Positions 27,201-36,758 are shown, counted from the first letter of the stretch. The stretch is DNA of 57,935 bases from a virus (IMGVR_UViG_3300025872_000064:1-57935); one strand, 5' to 3'. The notes: generated from the sequence alone by a model not told the origin. Translations and numbers: made by a program.

Positions 27201-27466
27201 GCAGTAAACGTCGCCGTGCCACTGGACGGCGCAAGAGTAGGGGCCGAGGTGTAGCCGCTGCCTGGGGTGTCCAAGGTGACAGCGATGACTGGCGACACGC
27301 CGCCTGCCGGCTGACAGTCAGTTGTGACGGCCCCGTAGTTCCCCTCGGACGCGGCAATCGTCTCGCCGCCATCGCCGCCGTACTCAAGCGACGCTATGAG
27401 CCGCGTGTGCGACCGGTCGGTGCATTTTGAGCAACCGCCGCAGCACGGCGAGCAACCGAACAGCAT
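24287..27466 (-). CDS. Large Gly/Ser/Thr-rich repeat virion protein (tail fibre-like)
   Basis: Many GGSGYTS.PTV.ISGGGG.GA.A.A repeats; downstream of tail genes. Confidence 0.75.
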   Translation of the reverse strand: MLFGCSPCCGGCSKCTDRSHTRLIASLEYGGDGGETIAASEGNYGAVTTDCQPAGGVSPVIAVTLDTPGSGYTSAPTLAPSSGTATFTAEVRQSLQSVEVTSGGSGYTSPPTVTISGGVAVTAAAATAVVRGGGTAAVVTNGGSLYTSPPTVSASVGSGLEATAVMSGYVYAIEIASGGSGYTSAPTVSVSGGGGSGCSATASISPDGAVTVVTVVIGGSGYTSAPTVTISGGGGTGAAAVAVLRYRVASVSIQSGGSGYPLNAPLAFEGGGGSGAAGTLTVSGSVAEIVVTNPGLYRNASGAIPIGWPTVAISGGGGAGATATPHFTPGGVYSVGVQSGGSYSAPPALSFSGGGGSGAEATAYIMWQQSGEIGLNFVGGECFTAIDFGFCSATESEDYPLAPCIGCGGSLNQTNTTPPTTYRYGENRTLSIRASTSGAAGTGSPAGRSLPEDIRSVDYTPGGEYVFVYHGMTWSVPSSTVYDERLWARRLFSRVPPTGTWAIWQPTQPSSAVQPVLTPVCKQTEDLAGQPVWWLESFTITSPGSNLYVPQVFDDEAYVQPANGNLGTDDTFFVPADVEYTYSTPVATSFDGVAGFSQPPSLSFGFTSSGNGNYTLTSVSVNSPGGGSTLADGDWPFTLSNFSVGHVVNTPSFLATIVNGGIQSASVSSPGLVRGGASLSSIAVQDVPGYPGYSYYPRILIGRSNYKTTVTYSQPTVVATAPPGNAVFSVSLASGTDVSGNPFWYVSAVSIISGGSGYYEPVGLDFTATGADGVEAIPAIATASPPNREQPTLSIGGSGNFTLAYSYDSENDVWSISSVTIVDGGTGYEDGQYAAIVLGEDDSEVQAAEIVLRTGRVEPTITLSVAGGSGAVLEATLQETYQEGYWMVSSVTIIDGGSGYENGAEVIFSGGDQEYDNPYATVTTDESGAIVSVDILFGGYLYSDNGIVEDVEIYGGGLFYKQRTHLASVTLISGGKYFNRTITATVEPLDTVECSGEVSEENGWELIRYKPPADTDDHAVGDTFQASTQAYCNSQVPSVQYDFTRTRRCGFPDITFRIE

Positions 27467-27826
27467 CTAGCACTCCGCGACGACGAGGTAGTAAGAGCCG
27501 GTCTGCCCGCGCTGGATACCGACCCACTTGTTCGCGGGGACGTCGCCCCAGTGGTTCACGCAGTCCTCCAGCGTCTCATCGCTGCTTGTCTCGTTCGGCG
27601 GCGTGCCGTCCTCATAGAGTGGGATCGTCATCACCGTGTTCTTCGTCCAAGTGGCCGTGGTCTTGCCGATGCGGAGGCGGTAGCCGCTACCGCCGCCCTC
27701 GTCCTCAAACCGCGTCGGTATCCGCGAAAGCCCTGCTTGGTACGGCATCGAGTCGACGCGCTTCACCACGCTGATGATGCGGTCTGTCAGGACTGGGCCG
27801 AATTGGTAGGACTTGTTTTCAGCCAT
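27467..27826 (-). CDS. Hypothetical tail protein
   Basis: Position in tail module. Confidence 0.6.
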   Translation of the reverse strand: MAENKSYQFGPVLTDRIISVVKRVDSMPYQAGLSRIPTRFEDEGGGSGYRLRIGKTTATWTKNTVMTIPLYEDGTPPNETSSDETLEDCVNHWGDVPANKWVGIQRGQTGSYYLVVAEC

Positions 27827-28953
27827 CAGACTATGTCGAAGATGCGGACGCCCATGTTGACGAAATTGGGGCCGAATGGAATGGCGTCTTGGGTCAAATA
27901 TCGCTCGGTTAGAACTGGCTCCTCTCCGGCCGGTGGGTTCTGGACGTCCCGCGGCGTGCCGTCAAGGTTGAGCGCGACTGGCTGTGCGGAAGGCCGCTGT
28001 GTAACGGCGCCTTCAGGGCTGCTTATCAGAACCCTTGCGCGCATCTTCTTTCCTTGCGAGTCCTTGGCAAGTTCCGGGGCGTTCGGCCAACCTTTGACCT
28101 TAGAGTCGATGATCTCAAGGTTCAGTGCGCCGTTGTCGACTCCGGCCTCATTCACGCGGTCGTTTTTGATGTTGAATCCCTCGAGCAACTGCTCGGTCCA
28201 CCAACCGCCGTTAGTCTTAATGGAGAACTCATACGTTCTCTGAAATCCACGATAAATCGCTGTCCCGTGAGATTCGACAACAGGGCGTACCGAGATGTTT
28301 CGGAGCATACAAGTGTATTTGTTGATCTGTAGCCCAAGAAACGTGAACTGGTCGCTGTTGACCTTCCCGGAGTCGTCAAGGCGGCGGGTTGGGTAGTTGT
28401 CGAACTGCTCGATGTTGATCGAGATGATCGGCACCAACATAGAGACGCCGTCGTATCTGTCTCCGACTGGATTTAGTGGCGGTTTTGGGGCTTCCAGTAC
28501 GTCCTCAAACGCACCAACGCCGAGAAAGCCGTTTCCGAAGGCACCCGGCCGACGCCCAGGCACCCAGACCTGTCCGATCTTTCGCCACGACTTCGTCGGC
28601 ACCTCCATCAACGACGATGTGATGCTGTATTGCGCCGGCCTGATGTCAGGCGGCTCCTTGTTCGGGTCATTGCCAGGGTCGGCACCAGGCGTGGTGCGGT
28701 AGTTGGCAGTGACGATGCGGACGACGCGGGAGTCGCCTTCTGCCTTTTCCGAGATAGAGACGCACGGGAGTTGCGTGTTTACGGGGTGCGTGTCGCCGAT
28801 GTAGACGCCGATCTCCTTCTGGACGTCATACGCTTCCGCAGGGGACTGGAGGATGACCCGCCATGTCCGCACAGAGACGTCAGCCAACTGGCCGCCGTCT
28901 ACGGAGCGGCTGTTCTCGTTGCCGGACGTTATTTCCTTGACTAACTTCGGCAT
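27826..28953 (-). CDS. Putative tail tip/distal tail protein
   Basis: Second gene after the tape measure; IGDTHP motif. Confidence 0.6.
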   Translation of the reverse strand: MPKLVKEITSGNENSRSVDGGQLADVSVRTWRVILQSPAEAYDVQKEIGVYIGDTHPVNTQLPCVSISEKAEGDSRVVRIVTANYRTTPGADPGNDPNKEPPDIRPAQYSITSSLMEVPTKSWRKIGQVWVPGRRPGAFGNGFLGVGAFEDVLEAPKPPLNPVGDRYDGVSMLVPIISINIEQFDNYPTRRLDDSGKVNSDQFTFLGLQINKYTCMLRNISVRPVVESHGTAIYRGFQRTYEFSIKTNGGWWTEQLLEGFNIKNDRVNEAGVDNGALNLEIIDSKVKGWPNAPELAKDSQGKKMRARVLISSPEGAVTQRPSAQPVALNLDGTPRDVQNPPAGEEPVLTERYLTQDAIPFGPNFVNMGVRIFDIV

Positions 28954-28956
28954 CGA

Positions 28957-29325
28957 CTAGCCCTCCAGGATGTCGACTCGGAGCCGCGTGCCGGCGACGC
29001 CGACGGCCTGATAGTCGACGCCTGTAGTCAATCGGAACAACTGCGGCTCGCCGGCCTTGATGGTCGTGAATGGGGCGAACGAGCCGCCGGCCGTGATCCC
29101 GACCTGGGCGGTCGCCGAGGTCGCGGTCGACAGGTTTCGAACGAACGCGATGCCGACCGCCGACAGGTTCGCCGTCGAGATGCTGACGGCGTTCGTCGAC
29201 AGCGTGTAGGTGTCGGACTTGAGTCCGGCGATGCCCATGTCTGCCGTCACGCCGGAGGCGTTGACCTGACTCACCAGGAAGCCCTTGTTGACGTTGAGCG
29301 TGATACCGTAAGAAATATCTGCCAT
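28957..29325 (-). CDS. Hypothetical virion protein
   Basis: VRNLST motif shared with 36252 and 36763 genes. Confidence 0.6.
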   Translation of the reverse strand: MADISYGITLNVNKGFLVSQVNASGVTADMGIAGLKSDTYTLSTNAVSISTANLSAVGIAFVRNLSTATSATAQVGITAGGSFAPFTTIKAGEPQLFRLTTGVDYQAVGVAGTRLRVDILEG

Positions 29326-29327
29326 GT

Positions 29328-32300
29328 TTATCCTCTGATTTCCACGACGTCTGCACCGGCCTGTTCGTTGATCGCGTCGATGACGCCTTGCAGCAAATCC
29401 GACTGCTTCTGAAGTTCGACGAGGTTGACGTCCCTGTTTGGATCGTCGCCGCGGAGGAGTCGATTGAGTTCCCGGTTCCCCTCCATCGTCTGAGCGTCGG
29501 CCACGTTGAGCGCCGCCCGCGACGGCCCCTGGAGCATCGCGTTGAGTCGCTCCTCGCGGAAGCCGGCGAGCATCGGGGCGACTTGCTGCATCTGCTGCTC
29601 GGCAAGGCGGTTGAGGGCGGCGTTGCGGCCAGCGACGTCGGCAACGAACCGCTGGCCTTGCAGTTCGACCGTGAACGCCTCGGTTATGTCCCTCGCGCTC
29701 TGTTCGACCTCTCGCCTTGCTCGCTGCGCAGGCGTCATCGCGAGTTCGCGACCACGATCGCCTGACGCTGCCCGCTCCGCACGGCGCGTCATGTCGTCTC
29801 GCCGCTGGCGGGCAGCCTGAACTTCTGGGTTGTTGTTGACGTCGGCGTTGATGCTCGCCTCAAGCCGCCGCCTCTCCTCGCGAGCCGCAGCGCGTTCCTC
29901 GGCCGTTCCGCCTCGAGTGCCGTCGGCTCCGACGCCGTTCGCTGGCGCGGCCAGCATACTGTCGATTTCGCGGAGTCGCTTGAACCTCTTGTCTCCGTTC
30001 CTGACAGCGTCCTGCTCCATCTTTTCGACGGCCGACGCTCGCTTGTCTTCAAACTCCTTCTGCGCTTTTCGCGCCTCCTCCAGGTCGCGCTCTGCCCTTG
30101 TCCTCTGCGCCCCAGTCGCGTTCGTCCCTTGCGCGACGTCCTCGCGCCTGGCCTGCTCGGCCCGCTGCTCGAGCGTCGCGACGTCCTGCGCGACGGACTC
30201 CGACAACCTTGCGAGTTCGGAGCCGAACGTCTTCACGGCCGCGGCGGCGTCGCGGAGAGCGTTGATATGGGCCTTGATGGCGTTGATGTCATTGTTGAGC
30301 GCCCTGGCCTCTTCGACGCGGCCTGCCTGGGCGGCCTCGCCTGCGGCCTTCTGTAACTGGGCCAGTGACTCGGCAAATGCGGCAATCTCGTCCTCGATGC
30401 CACTCGCGCCGACGACGCCATCAAATGCCGAGGCAATGTCGGCCTGGGCGGCGTTCATGGCGTCCGCGATCCGCAGAGCTTCTCTGCTGATTCTGGCGGC
30501 GAGTTTGTCGGCTTCGATTTGCTGAACCTGCGTCAGCAGTTGTTCGCGGAGTTGCTGAAGCGGAAGGATGATTGAACCTTCTGCACCTCGCTGAACAAGT
30601 TCGTCGATTCTTGCCTGAAGAGCGCGGAGTGCATCTTGCGGAGACTGTCCGAGGTTTTGCAGATTGGCGACTTGTTGCTCTGCTCTCGCAGAGCCACCGC
30701 CCATCGTCAGAATCCCGGCTTCCGCTCTGTAGTTAGCCGCCAGCGTGTCAATCACCTGGCTGCGAATACTTCCGCGAGCACGACGCTCCGCATCGCTTAC
30801 GGCCCTCCGCTCTTCTTGCCGCTGCCGCTCTTGTGCTGCCTGAAGTTGCAACCTAGCGCGAACTTGCTGCTCGGGGCTTGTAGCGCTGCCCAATTCTCGC
30901 TCAAACCTTGCGACGTCTCCACGCGCTGCCGCAACGCCGATGTCAACGGACTGAACTCGTTGCTCTCGTGCCTGTCGCTGTTGCTGCTGAATCTCTTCGA
31001 CTTGGCGGCGAATGGAGGCATTTCTCTGCCCACGCTGCGACAGGCCAGCGTCCTGAACGGCCTCCGCGACCTTCTTGTAGGACTCTGCTAGGGCGTCGAC
31101 AACTCGCTTTTGGTCGGCGAGCGCTGCGCTCAACGACTTCGTCTGGTCTTCGGTCTTTCGGCCGTTGTTGTACCAGTTGATCAAGGCCGCGACGAGTTGC
31201 GCGCCGATGGCTGTAGAGATGCCAACAATAAGTCCAGTTGTACCTCCGAGTACGAAGCCAAGCTGCGAGATGTTGTTGCCAGCAGCACGCACTCGCTGAT
31301 CAAGGCCACCAGTAACGCTGAAGAAGTCTTCGATGGCGAACGCCGCCTGCTGGATGGCAAGGCCAGCCCTATCCCCGAAGCCACGCGCGACGTCGCCGGC
31401 TCGCCGGAAGTCTTCGGCGAATCGGCCAGGTCGCACGCCTTCCGCAGCCGCGGCGGTGCGGATCAATTCCTGCCGGGTTCTCGCAACGTCTGCCGCGGCC
31501 TGCTCCGCGCTGTCTGCCGTCCCAGAGAAAGCGCGGAATGCCGCCTGTCTGTAAGCCTCAAGAGCGGCGACGGCCGGGCCTCGCTGCTCGGCAGTCAGCC
31601 GAGACAGTCTGTTCTGGACGAACTCGATCTGCGATCCGACGGAGCGAAGTTGCCGCTCGTCGATGCCCAGCGACAGGCCGGCGACGCCCTCGCCACCGAA
31701 GTTTTGCAGAAACTGCTGGCCGATGTCTCGGCGGCTGTTGAGCGCAGCCTGGATGGCTTGCGTCTCCTGCTGAACTCGCCGCAGTTGGTCAGCCGTAAAA
31801 CCGACGCCGGCGCGGCCGAGGTTTTGCCACCGCGTCGTGAGGTTGTCGACAACCGGGCCAAGCGATCCAGCCAAGTCAGGCAGTTCGCGGAGTTGATTGC
31901 GGACGGCGGTGATCTCACCACCGACTCGGTCAAGGAACGCCTGCTGCGGGTTGACGCGAGACGCTGCCCCCTGATTCGACAACAGGTCCGAACCACGCTG
32001 GTCGACGTTGAGGAACCTAGAAGCTGCTTCGGCCCGCCGCTGGGCGTCGGCAAGTGCCTCCGTCCGAACCCGCGCGTCCTCAAGTAGTTGCAGATAGGCG
32101 CGGACGTCCGTCTGCTGGCCCTCGTTCGCGATGAGGTTCGACTCACGCTGGTCGACAACAAGGAAACGTGATGCAGCCTCGGCCCGCCGCTGGGCATCGG
32201 CCAGTGCTTCCGTTCTGGCCCGCGCCTGCTCAAGCAGTTGGATGTATTCGCGAATGTCCTGCTGCTGGCCCTCGTTCGCGATGAGGTTCGACTCGCGCTG

Positions 32301-33359
32301 GTCGACGTTGAGGAATCTGGATGCGGCAGCGGCGCGCCGCTGGGCGTCTGTCAGCGCCTCGGTTCTGACTCGCGACTCCTCGAGAAGCTGGAGATAGGCA
32401 CGAACATCCTGCTGCTGGCCTTGGCTCGCGAGGAGGTTCGACTCACGCTGGTCGACATTGAGGAACCTGGAAGCGGCCTCGGCCCGCCGCTGGGCGTCAG
32501 CGGCGGCCTCTCTCTGGGCGTTCGCCGCCTGCTGCGACAGCGTGATCTCTCGCTCCAACTGGTCGTTGACCAGCCGCAGTGCCGCCACCTGGCGGCCATA
32601 CGCGGCCTCGGCCGCCTGCGCGTCTCCATTTCGCGTGACGCGGATGCGCTCGAGCGTGGAGAGGAGATTCGCCGCCTCCTGGGCCGCCTGCCGCTGCTGG
32701 CCGACGAGGGCCGCCACGCCGCTGCCTTGAATCTGCTCTGGCGACAGGGCCGCGGCCTGCTGCTGGAGAGCGGCGGCACGGGACGTCTGCTGAAGGAAGC
32801 CAGGGCGCTGGAAGCGGAGTTCCTGGCCGGAGGCGAGGCCCGCGGTCGCCTGGCCCGCCTCGCGGAGGCGGCTCGCGGCCTGCGTGACGCGGTTGATCCG
32901 CGCCTCAAGGTTGGCAAAGTCGCGCTCGCTGACCCTGGCGCCGTTGCCGATTGAGGTGCGGAGTTGCTCGGCCGCCTTCTGCGCCGACTCGAGCGCCGGG
33001 GCGAAGTTCCGCTGCACCTCGGCCGACAGGCCAGCGAGGTCGCCCCTGGCCTGCGAGACGGGCTTGGCGATCCGCTCGGCGGCCTCGGCGAACTGCCGGA
33101 TCGCCTGCACTTCCTGCTGATTGACTAACTTGAGATTCTGGCCGACGCCGACCTTGAGCGCCCGCTGCAACTTTTGCAGCGGGGTCAGGATGTTGTCGAA
33201 CTCGCGGCCCGCGCGGCCCGTGGCGCCGGAGATCGTGCTTTGAATCTTCCTCGCGAACTGCGTGACGTCCTTGGCGCCGGCGTTCAGCCCTCGCGACAGC
33301 CCCTTGGAGTCTGCCGTGAGGATCGCCGAGATTTTGCCGAGGTAGCCGCGTCCAGCCAT
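29328..33359 (-). CDS. Tail tape measure protein
   Basis: 1343 aa, Ala/Gln/Arg-rich helical, central hydrophobic segment; follows tail chaperones. Confidence 0.88.
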   Translation of the reverse strand: MAGRGYLGKISAILTADSKGLSRGLNAGAKDVTQFARKIQSTISGATGRAGREFDNILTPLQKLQRALKVGVGQNLKLVNQQEVQAIRQFAEAAERIAKPVSQARGDLAGLSAEVQRNFAPALESAQKAAEQLRTSIGNGARVSERDFANLEARINRVTQAASRLREAGQATAGLASGQELRFQRPGFLQQTSRAAALQQQAAALSPEQIQGSGVAALVGQQRQAAQEAANLLSTLERIRVTRNGDAQAAEAAYGRQVAALRLVNDQLEREITLSQQAANAQREAAADAQRRAEAASRFLNVDQRESNLLASQGQQQDVRAYLQLLEESRVRTEALTDAQRRAAAASRFLNVDQRESNLIANEGQQQDIREYIQLLEQARARTEALADAQRRAEAASRFLVVDQRESNLIANEGQQTDVRAYLQLLEDARVRTEALADAQRRAEAASRFLNVDQRGSDLLSNQGAASRVNPQQAFLDRVGGEITAVRNQLRELPDLAGSLGPVVDNLTTRWQNLGRAGVGFTADQLRRVQQETQAIQAALNSRRDIGQQFLQNFGGEGVAGLSLGIDERQLRSVGSQIEFVQNRLSRLTAEQRGPAVAALEAYRQAAFRAFSGTADSAEQAAADVARTRQELIRTAAAAEGVRPGRFAEDFRRAGDVARGFGDRAGLAIQQAAFAIEDFFSVTGGLDQRVRAAGNNISQLGFVLGGTTGLIVGISTAIGAQLVAALINWYNNGRKTEDQTKSLSAALADQKRVVDALAESYKKVAEAVQDAGLSQRGQRNASIRRQVEEIQQQQRQAREQRVQSVDIGVAAARGDVARFERELGSATSPEQQVRARLQLQAAQERQRQEERRAVSDAERRARGSIRSQVIDTLAANYRAEAGILTMGGGSARAEQQVANLQNLGQSPQDALRALQARIDELVQRGAEGSIILPLQQLREQLLTQVQQIEADKLAARISREALRIADAMNAAQADIASAFDGVVGASGIEDEIAAFAESLAQLQKAAGEAAQAGRVEEARALNNDINAIKAHINALRDAAAAVKTFGSELARLSESVAQDVATLEQRAEQARREDVAQGTNATGAQRTRAERDLEEARKAQKEFEDKRASAVEKMEQDAVRNGDKRFKRLREIDSMLAAPANGVGADGTRGGTAEERAAAREERRRLEASINADVNNNPEVQAARQRRDDMTRRAERAASGDRGRELAMTPAQRARREVEQSARDITEAFTVELQGQRFVADVAGRNAALNRLAEQQMQQVAPMLAGFREERLNAMLQGPSRAALNVADAQTMEGNRELNRLLRGDDPNRDVNLVELQKQSDLLQGVIDAINEQAGADVVEIRG
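31985..32500 (-). repeat. 150-bp (50-aa) tandem repeat in the tape measure gene, about 3.4 units
   Basis: AGGAA...GCCGCTGGGC blocks at 32011, 32161, 32311, 32461; protein ADAQRRAEAASRFLNVDQRESNL. Confidence 0.9.
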
Positions 33360-33363
33360 CGTC

Positions 33364-33678
33364 TCATCCTTGAGGCTTCTGCAACTTCATCAGTTCGGAG
33401 AACATCGCATCCTGCGACTGCTTCGGCCGCTTCGACGCTGGGATGAACACTTCTTCGTCAGGCACACGCTTGTAGTTGCCGGACGCCGCCATGATCGTCC
33501 TGCATATCCTGGCCGTCTGTTGCCAACTGTTCTCCAGCGGCCACCGCTGCTGGTAGGCGTACCACTCCGACAATTCTTGCGAATCGACCGTCTCGAGCAG
33601 TTCTTTGACCGACCGGCCCAGTGCCAGCGCTAGGTCGAAGTAGAACTTTCGCTCGGGGCGGTCTGTGAACCGTTTCCC
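33364..33678 (-). CDS. Tail assembly chaperone C-terminal extension (gpGT-like, -1 frameshift)
   Basis: GGGAAAC slippery site at 33678-33672; -1 frame continues GKRFTDRPERKFYFDLALALGRSV. Confidence 0.78.
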   Translation of the reverse strand, partial: GKRFTDRPERKFYFDLALALGRSVKELLETVDSQELSEWYAYQQRWPLENSWQQTARICRTIMAASGNYKRVPDEEVFIPASKRPKQSQDAMFSELMKLQKPQG

Positions 33679-34004
33679 AGCGCATCCACGGCCTCGTCGG
33701 TGAAGGCGTTGTGCTGCCACGCCTTGTCGAAGAGACGGTTGATCACGACGCTGGACTTGCCGCCGAGGGCGTCGATGTCGGCGTCGGCGAACAGCCGCTC
33801 GCCCGACTCGTCGGCCAGCGTCATCACGAGGAAGCGAACGCGGAACGCCTTCATCTTCTGCTCGCTGTAGGCTTCCTCGAACTTGTCGCGTTCGGTGCCG
33901 CTGATGGTGCGGATGTAGACGTCACCGCCCCACTCCGGCACGGGGACCGCTTCGGACAACTTCACATCCTTCGCCGCCAGAATCTTCGCCTTGCTCAACG
34001 CCAT
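33630..34004 (-). CDS. Tail assembly chaperone (gpG-like)
   Basis: VPEWGGDVYIR.ISG.ERD.FE; position between tail tube and tape measure. Confidence 0.82.
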   Translation of the reverse strand: MALSKAKILAAKDVKLSEAVPVPEWGGDVYIRTISGTERDKFEEAYSEQKMKAFRVRFLVMTLADESGERLFADADIDALGGKSSVVINRLFDKAWQHNAFTDEAVDALGNGSQTAPSESSTST

Positions 34005-34007
34005 GAA

Positions 34008-34391
34008 TCAGGTTCCTGCGTAATCTGTGACCTTGAAGTTTGCAGTCCCTCGCACCAACTCCCCGACACGAGCCTCCGTATTGGCAGACTCAAGAATTGC
34101 CCGTCGCGACACCGTCCACTTGGGCGATGCGAACGTCAGTTGGCCGATGCCCCTGACGATGTCCTGAACGTCTCCGGTAGCCGTCGTGGCGATGAAGTCC
34201 AGGGAGATGCTCCCGCCAGACCACTCGCCCGTCGGGACGAGGATGGACGTCCCAGAAGGGTCGCTTGGAGACGTCATATCGACGATCTCCGCGACCGGCG
34301 TCTCGACGCTGATCCCGACGATGGCTCCCTTGAACTCGCCCTTGGAGCCAGTGAACGTGAATGTCGCCCCTTGGGCAGCGAATCCCGCCAT
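34008..34391 (-). CDS. Tail tube-like protein 2
   Basis: MAGFAAQGATFTF..., VGELVRGTANFKV; paralog of the adjacent gene. Confidence 0.65.
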   Translation of the reverse strand: MAGFAAQGATFTFTGSKGEFKGAIVGISVETPVAEIVDMTSPSDPSGTSILVPTGEWSGGSISLDFIATTATGDVQDIVRGIGQLTFASPKWTVSRRAILESANTEARVGELVRGTANFKVTDYAGT

Positions 34392-34394
34392 CGC

Positions 34395-34730
34395 TTACGC
34401 GACTCGGAACGTCGCACTCCCGGAGACGAGGGCGCCGACCGAACCGCCGATCGAAGACGACGCGATCGTCGCGTTGCCGCTGAACGAGATCGGGCCGGAG
34501 ATCGACAGAGAGCCGGACACGCCGGCCGTGAGGATGTTCGTGGAGATGTAGTCGATCTGCACCTCGCGGTCGGTCGCGAAGCCACCGACGTACTCCCGAC
34601 GGCCGTTCGGGGCGATGCCCAGGTGGCTGCCGTCGATGAGGTCTTGGGTGTCATTGACCTGGACCGAGGTGACCGTGAGGTTGGACCCGCCGAACGAGAA
34701 CGTGAGTCCCTGTGCCGAAACGCCTGCCAT
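34395..34730 (-). CDS. Tail tube-like protein 1 (major tail)
   Basis: MAGVSAQGLTFSF..., VGALVSGSATFRV; follows tail terminator. Confidence 0.7.
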   Translation of the reverse strand: MAGVSAQGLTFSFGGSNLTVTSVQVNDTQDLIDGSHLGIAPNGRREYVGGFATDREVQIDYISTNILTAGVSGSLSISGPISFSGNATIASSSIGGSVGALVSGSATFRVA

Positions 34731-34769
34731 GAGTCGCGCCTCCTTGCGCCAGTGTCGTGACCTGTAGGG

Positions 34770-35195
34770 TTACGAGGCGGCCTCTTGCCACCTGATCTGA
34801 TACAGTTGCCTGACCTCGTAAGCCGGCGGGAGTTGTGCTCCGACGGCCGTAGGATCGAGGAAATCGTCAGTTTCGCTGACGAGCCTCATATCACTGATTG
34901 TAACCCCCATTGCCGTGCCGGTGTTGCCATCCAGAGCAAGCCGAACCTCGTCTCCCAACTCCCTGGCGGCGTCGTGCGTGAGCGCCCAGGAGGCCACCTG
35001 GATGGACAAGAGCGGCATGAACATCGGCCCGGTCAGGCTGGCCTCGCGGATGATGTTCTGCCGCTTGTAGACAATGAAGGGGAACCCTGCCGACTTCGGC
35101 ACGGCGATCGGGTAGACGTTGAAGCCGACGAGGCGGGCGACCGCCGGGACGCTCGTCAGCCGGTAAAAGACGTAGTCCTCGGGCTTGATGATCAC
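34770..35195 (-). CDS. Tail terminator (DUF3168-like)
   Basis: VYP..P....PFIVY, A.ELGD.VR.ALDG. Confidence 0.75.
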   Translation of the reverse strand: MIIKPEDYVFYRLTSVPAVARLVGFNVYPIAVPKSAGFPFIVYKRQNIIREASLTGPMFMPLLSIQVASWALTHDAARELGDEVRLALDGNTGTAMGVTISDMRLVSETDDFLDPTAVGAQLPPAYEVRQLYQIRWQEAAS

Positions 35196-35941
35196 CGGAG
35201 TTCCTCGATGTAGGTCTTCATGTTTGCGATGAGGGACGCCAGGACGGCCGAGGAGTTCTCGGAGATCGTCTTCTGCATCAGGTTCTTGGCTGGCATGGGG
35301 CGGATTGTCTCGCCCGGCTTCAGCGTGATCGGGTGCATCTCGCCTGGAGCGTCGGAGCCGAAGTCGTGCGGGTAGCCGACGCCCATCTTGGCCTGCCGCG
35401 TCCGCTCATTCTTCGACCCCATGAGGAAGTAGTAGCCGCGGCCCATGCTCGCAAACTGCTCGTTATTGAACGTGCCGGCCCGCTTCATCTTCCCGTTGAT
35501 CATTTGGTGGACGTTGACGTAGGTGCGGCGTCCCTGCGTGCCGGGCTTGCGAGCGCCGGTCCCGAACTCGACCAGCCAGGCGTGATTCCCGCTCCCCATG
35601 TCAGGGTCGGCGCCGACGGGGCCGGTGACTCGCGGGCCGGTGATCGCGACCGTCGCCCCTTCGTACTGCCGAATCCGCGTCGTTATCGACTTGCCGAGGT
35701 TGTCGGTGACGTTGTTGATCTTGGACTTGTAGCCCTTGCGAATGATCTCCGACGCCTTCTTGGCGGCCTTGGCTTTCAGTTGGCCGGGGTCTTTCATGGC
35801 CCGTAGGGCCATCAGCTCAAGCTCTTTTGCGACCTCGCGAGCGCCGGCCGTCTGGATGCTGACGAACCCTTCGACGATCTGCTTGGCAGACTGCCCCCCG
35901 AAGTCACGCGGCTGCGTTGCGTCAATGAGTACCGCCATCAC
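35192..35941 (-). CDS. HK97 gp10-like tail completion protein
   Basis: TDNL.KSI, HAWLVEFGT, MPA.NLM motifs. Confidence 0.72.
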   Translation of the reverse strand: MMAVLIDATQPRDFGGQSAKQIVEGFVSIQTAGAREVAKELELMALRAMKDPGQLKAKAAKKASEIIRKGYKSKINNVTDNLGKSITTRIRQYEGATVAITGPRVTGPVGADPDMGSGNHAWLVEFGTGARKPGTQGRRTYVNVHQMINGKMKRAGTFNNEQFASMGRGYYFLMGSKNERTRQAKMGVGYPHDFGSDAPGEMHPITLKPGETIRPMPAKNLMQKTISENSSAVLASLIANMKTYIEELR

Positions 35942-36255
35942 TGCACCTCGCGGGCCAGGATTTCCAAGGCCGTGCGGTTGTCACGCTCGACGACCGCTGC
36001 AATTTCCATCGTACGGCCTCGCCAGACGAGGCGGTTGAGATGCGTGACGTCGGCACGGTAGCGGATGCGGATGCGGTGGGTCGCGATCACGTTGGCCTGC
36101 TGGGCCTGGAGGATGTCACGGCTCGAGAGGCCGCTGACGCTCGCCCACACCGTGGCGACGGTGGTGTCCCAGTCCATGACCGTCTCGCCGGAGGGCTTGC
36201 GCACCTCCGTCTGAGACTTAATCGCGACCCGCTCACGCATGGTCCCGATGATCAT
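35938..36255 (-). CDS. Head closure/head-tail adaptor
   Basis: G.MRERV.I, VWASV, THRIRIRYR..V. Confidence 0.85.
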   Translation of the reverse strand: MIIGTMRERVAIKSQTEVRKPSGETVMDWDTTVATVWASVSGLSSRDILQAQQANVIATHRIRIRYRADVTHLNRLVWRGRTMEIAAVVERDNRTALEILAREVQ

Positions 36256-36758
36256 GTGACCGTGCCTTCGCCGATGAACAGAACTTCGTAGGTGCAGGAG
36301 CCGGAGGCGGCCGAGAATCGGGCGGCGGAAGCGGACGCCGAAGCAGTCACGACGACGCCGCTGTCAGTCGGGGCGGAAAACAAGTAGCACCCGCCAGGCG
36401 GGAGCGTGAGCGACAGGTTGATCGGCAGCCCGGCGAACGCGCCAACGCCAGAAATGCCGCCGATCCGAAGGTCTTGCGTTGTGCTCGTGTTCTTCACATA
36501 GACCAACTTGATCTGCGTGAACGCCACCGTCACCGCGGCGCCGTCGCGTGTGTCGGAGAGATTCCAGAGCATCAGGTCGTCGTTCGACGTCGTCGCCGTC
36601 CGCGAGTCGCTCCACACCACCTGCGCCTGGTTGGCCCCGGTGCCGTCTGTGAGCCGAAGCGCGTAGTTGGCCGGCGTGGCCCGCAGCGTCCGCGACAGGT
36701 CGCCGCTGGACGTCTCATGGGCGAGGATGGAGAGGGCGATCTGGGCGGTGAGTGCCAT
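36252..36758 (-). CDS. Hypothetical virion protein
   Basis: VWSD.RT, VKNTSTT; paralog of the adjacent gene. Confidence 0.65.
   Translation of the reverse strand: MALTAQIALSILAHETSSGDLSRTLRATPANYALRLTDGTGANQAQVVWSDSRTATTSNDDLMLWNLSDTRDGAAVTVAFTQIKLVYVKNTSTTQDLRIGGISGVGAFAGLPINLSLTLPPGGCYLFSAPTDSGVVVTASASASAARFSAASGSCTYEVLFIGEGTVT

Noticed and set aside
18275-27466. Diversity-generating retroelement acting on fibre genes
   Set aside because: No reverse transcriptase and no adenine-specific TR/VR pair seen; repeats are protein-level Gly/Ser motifs
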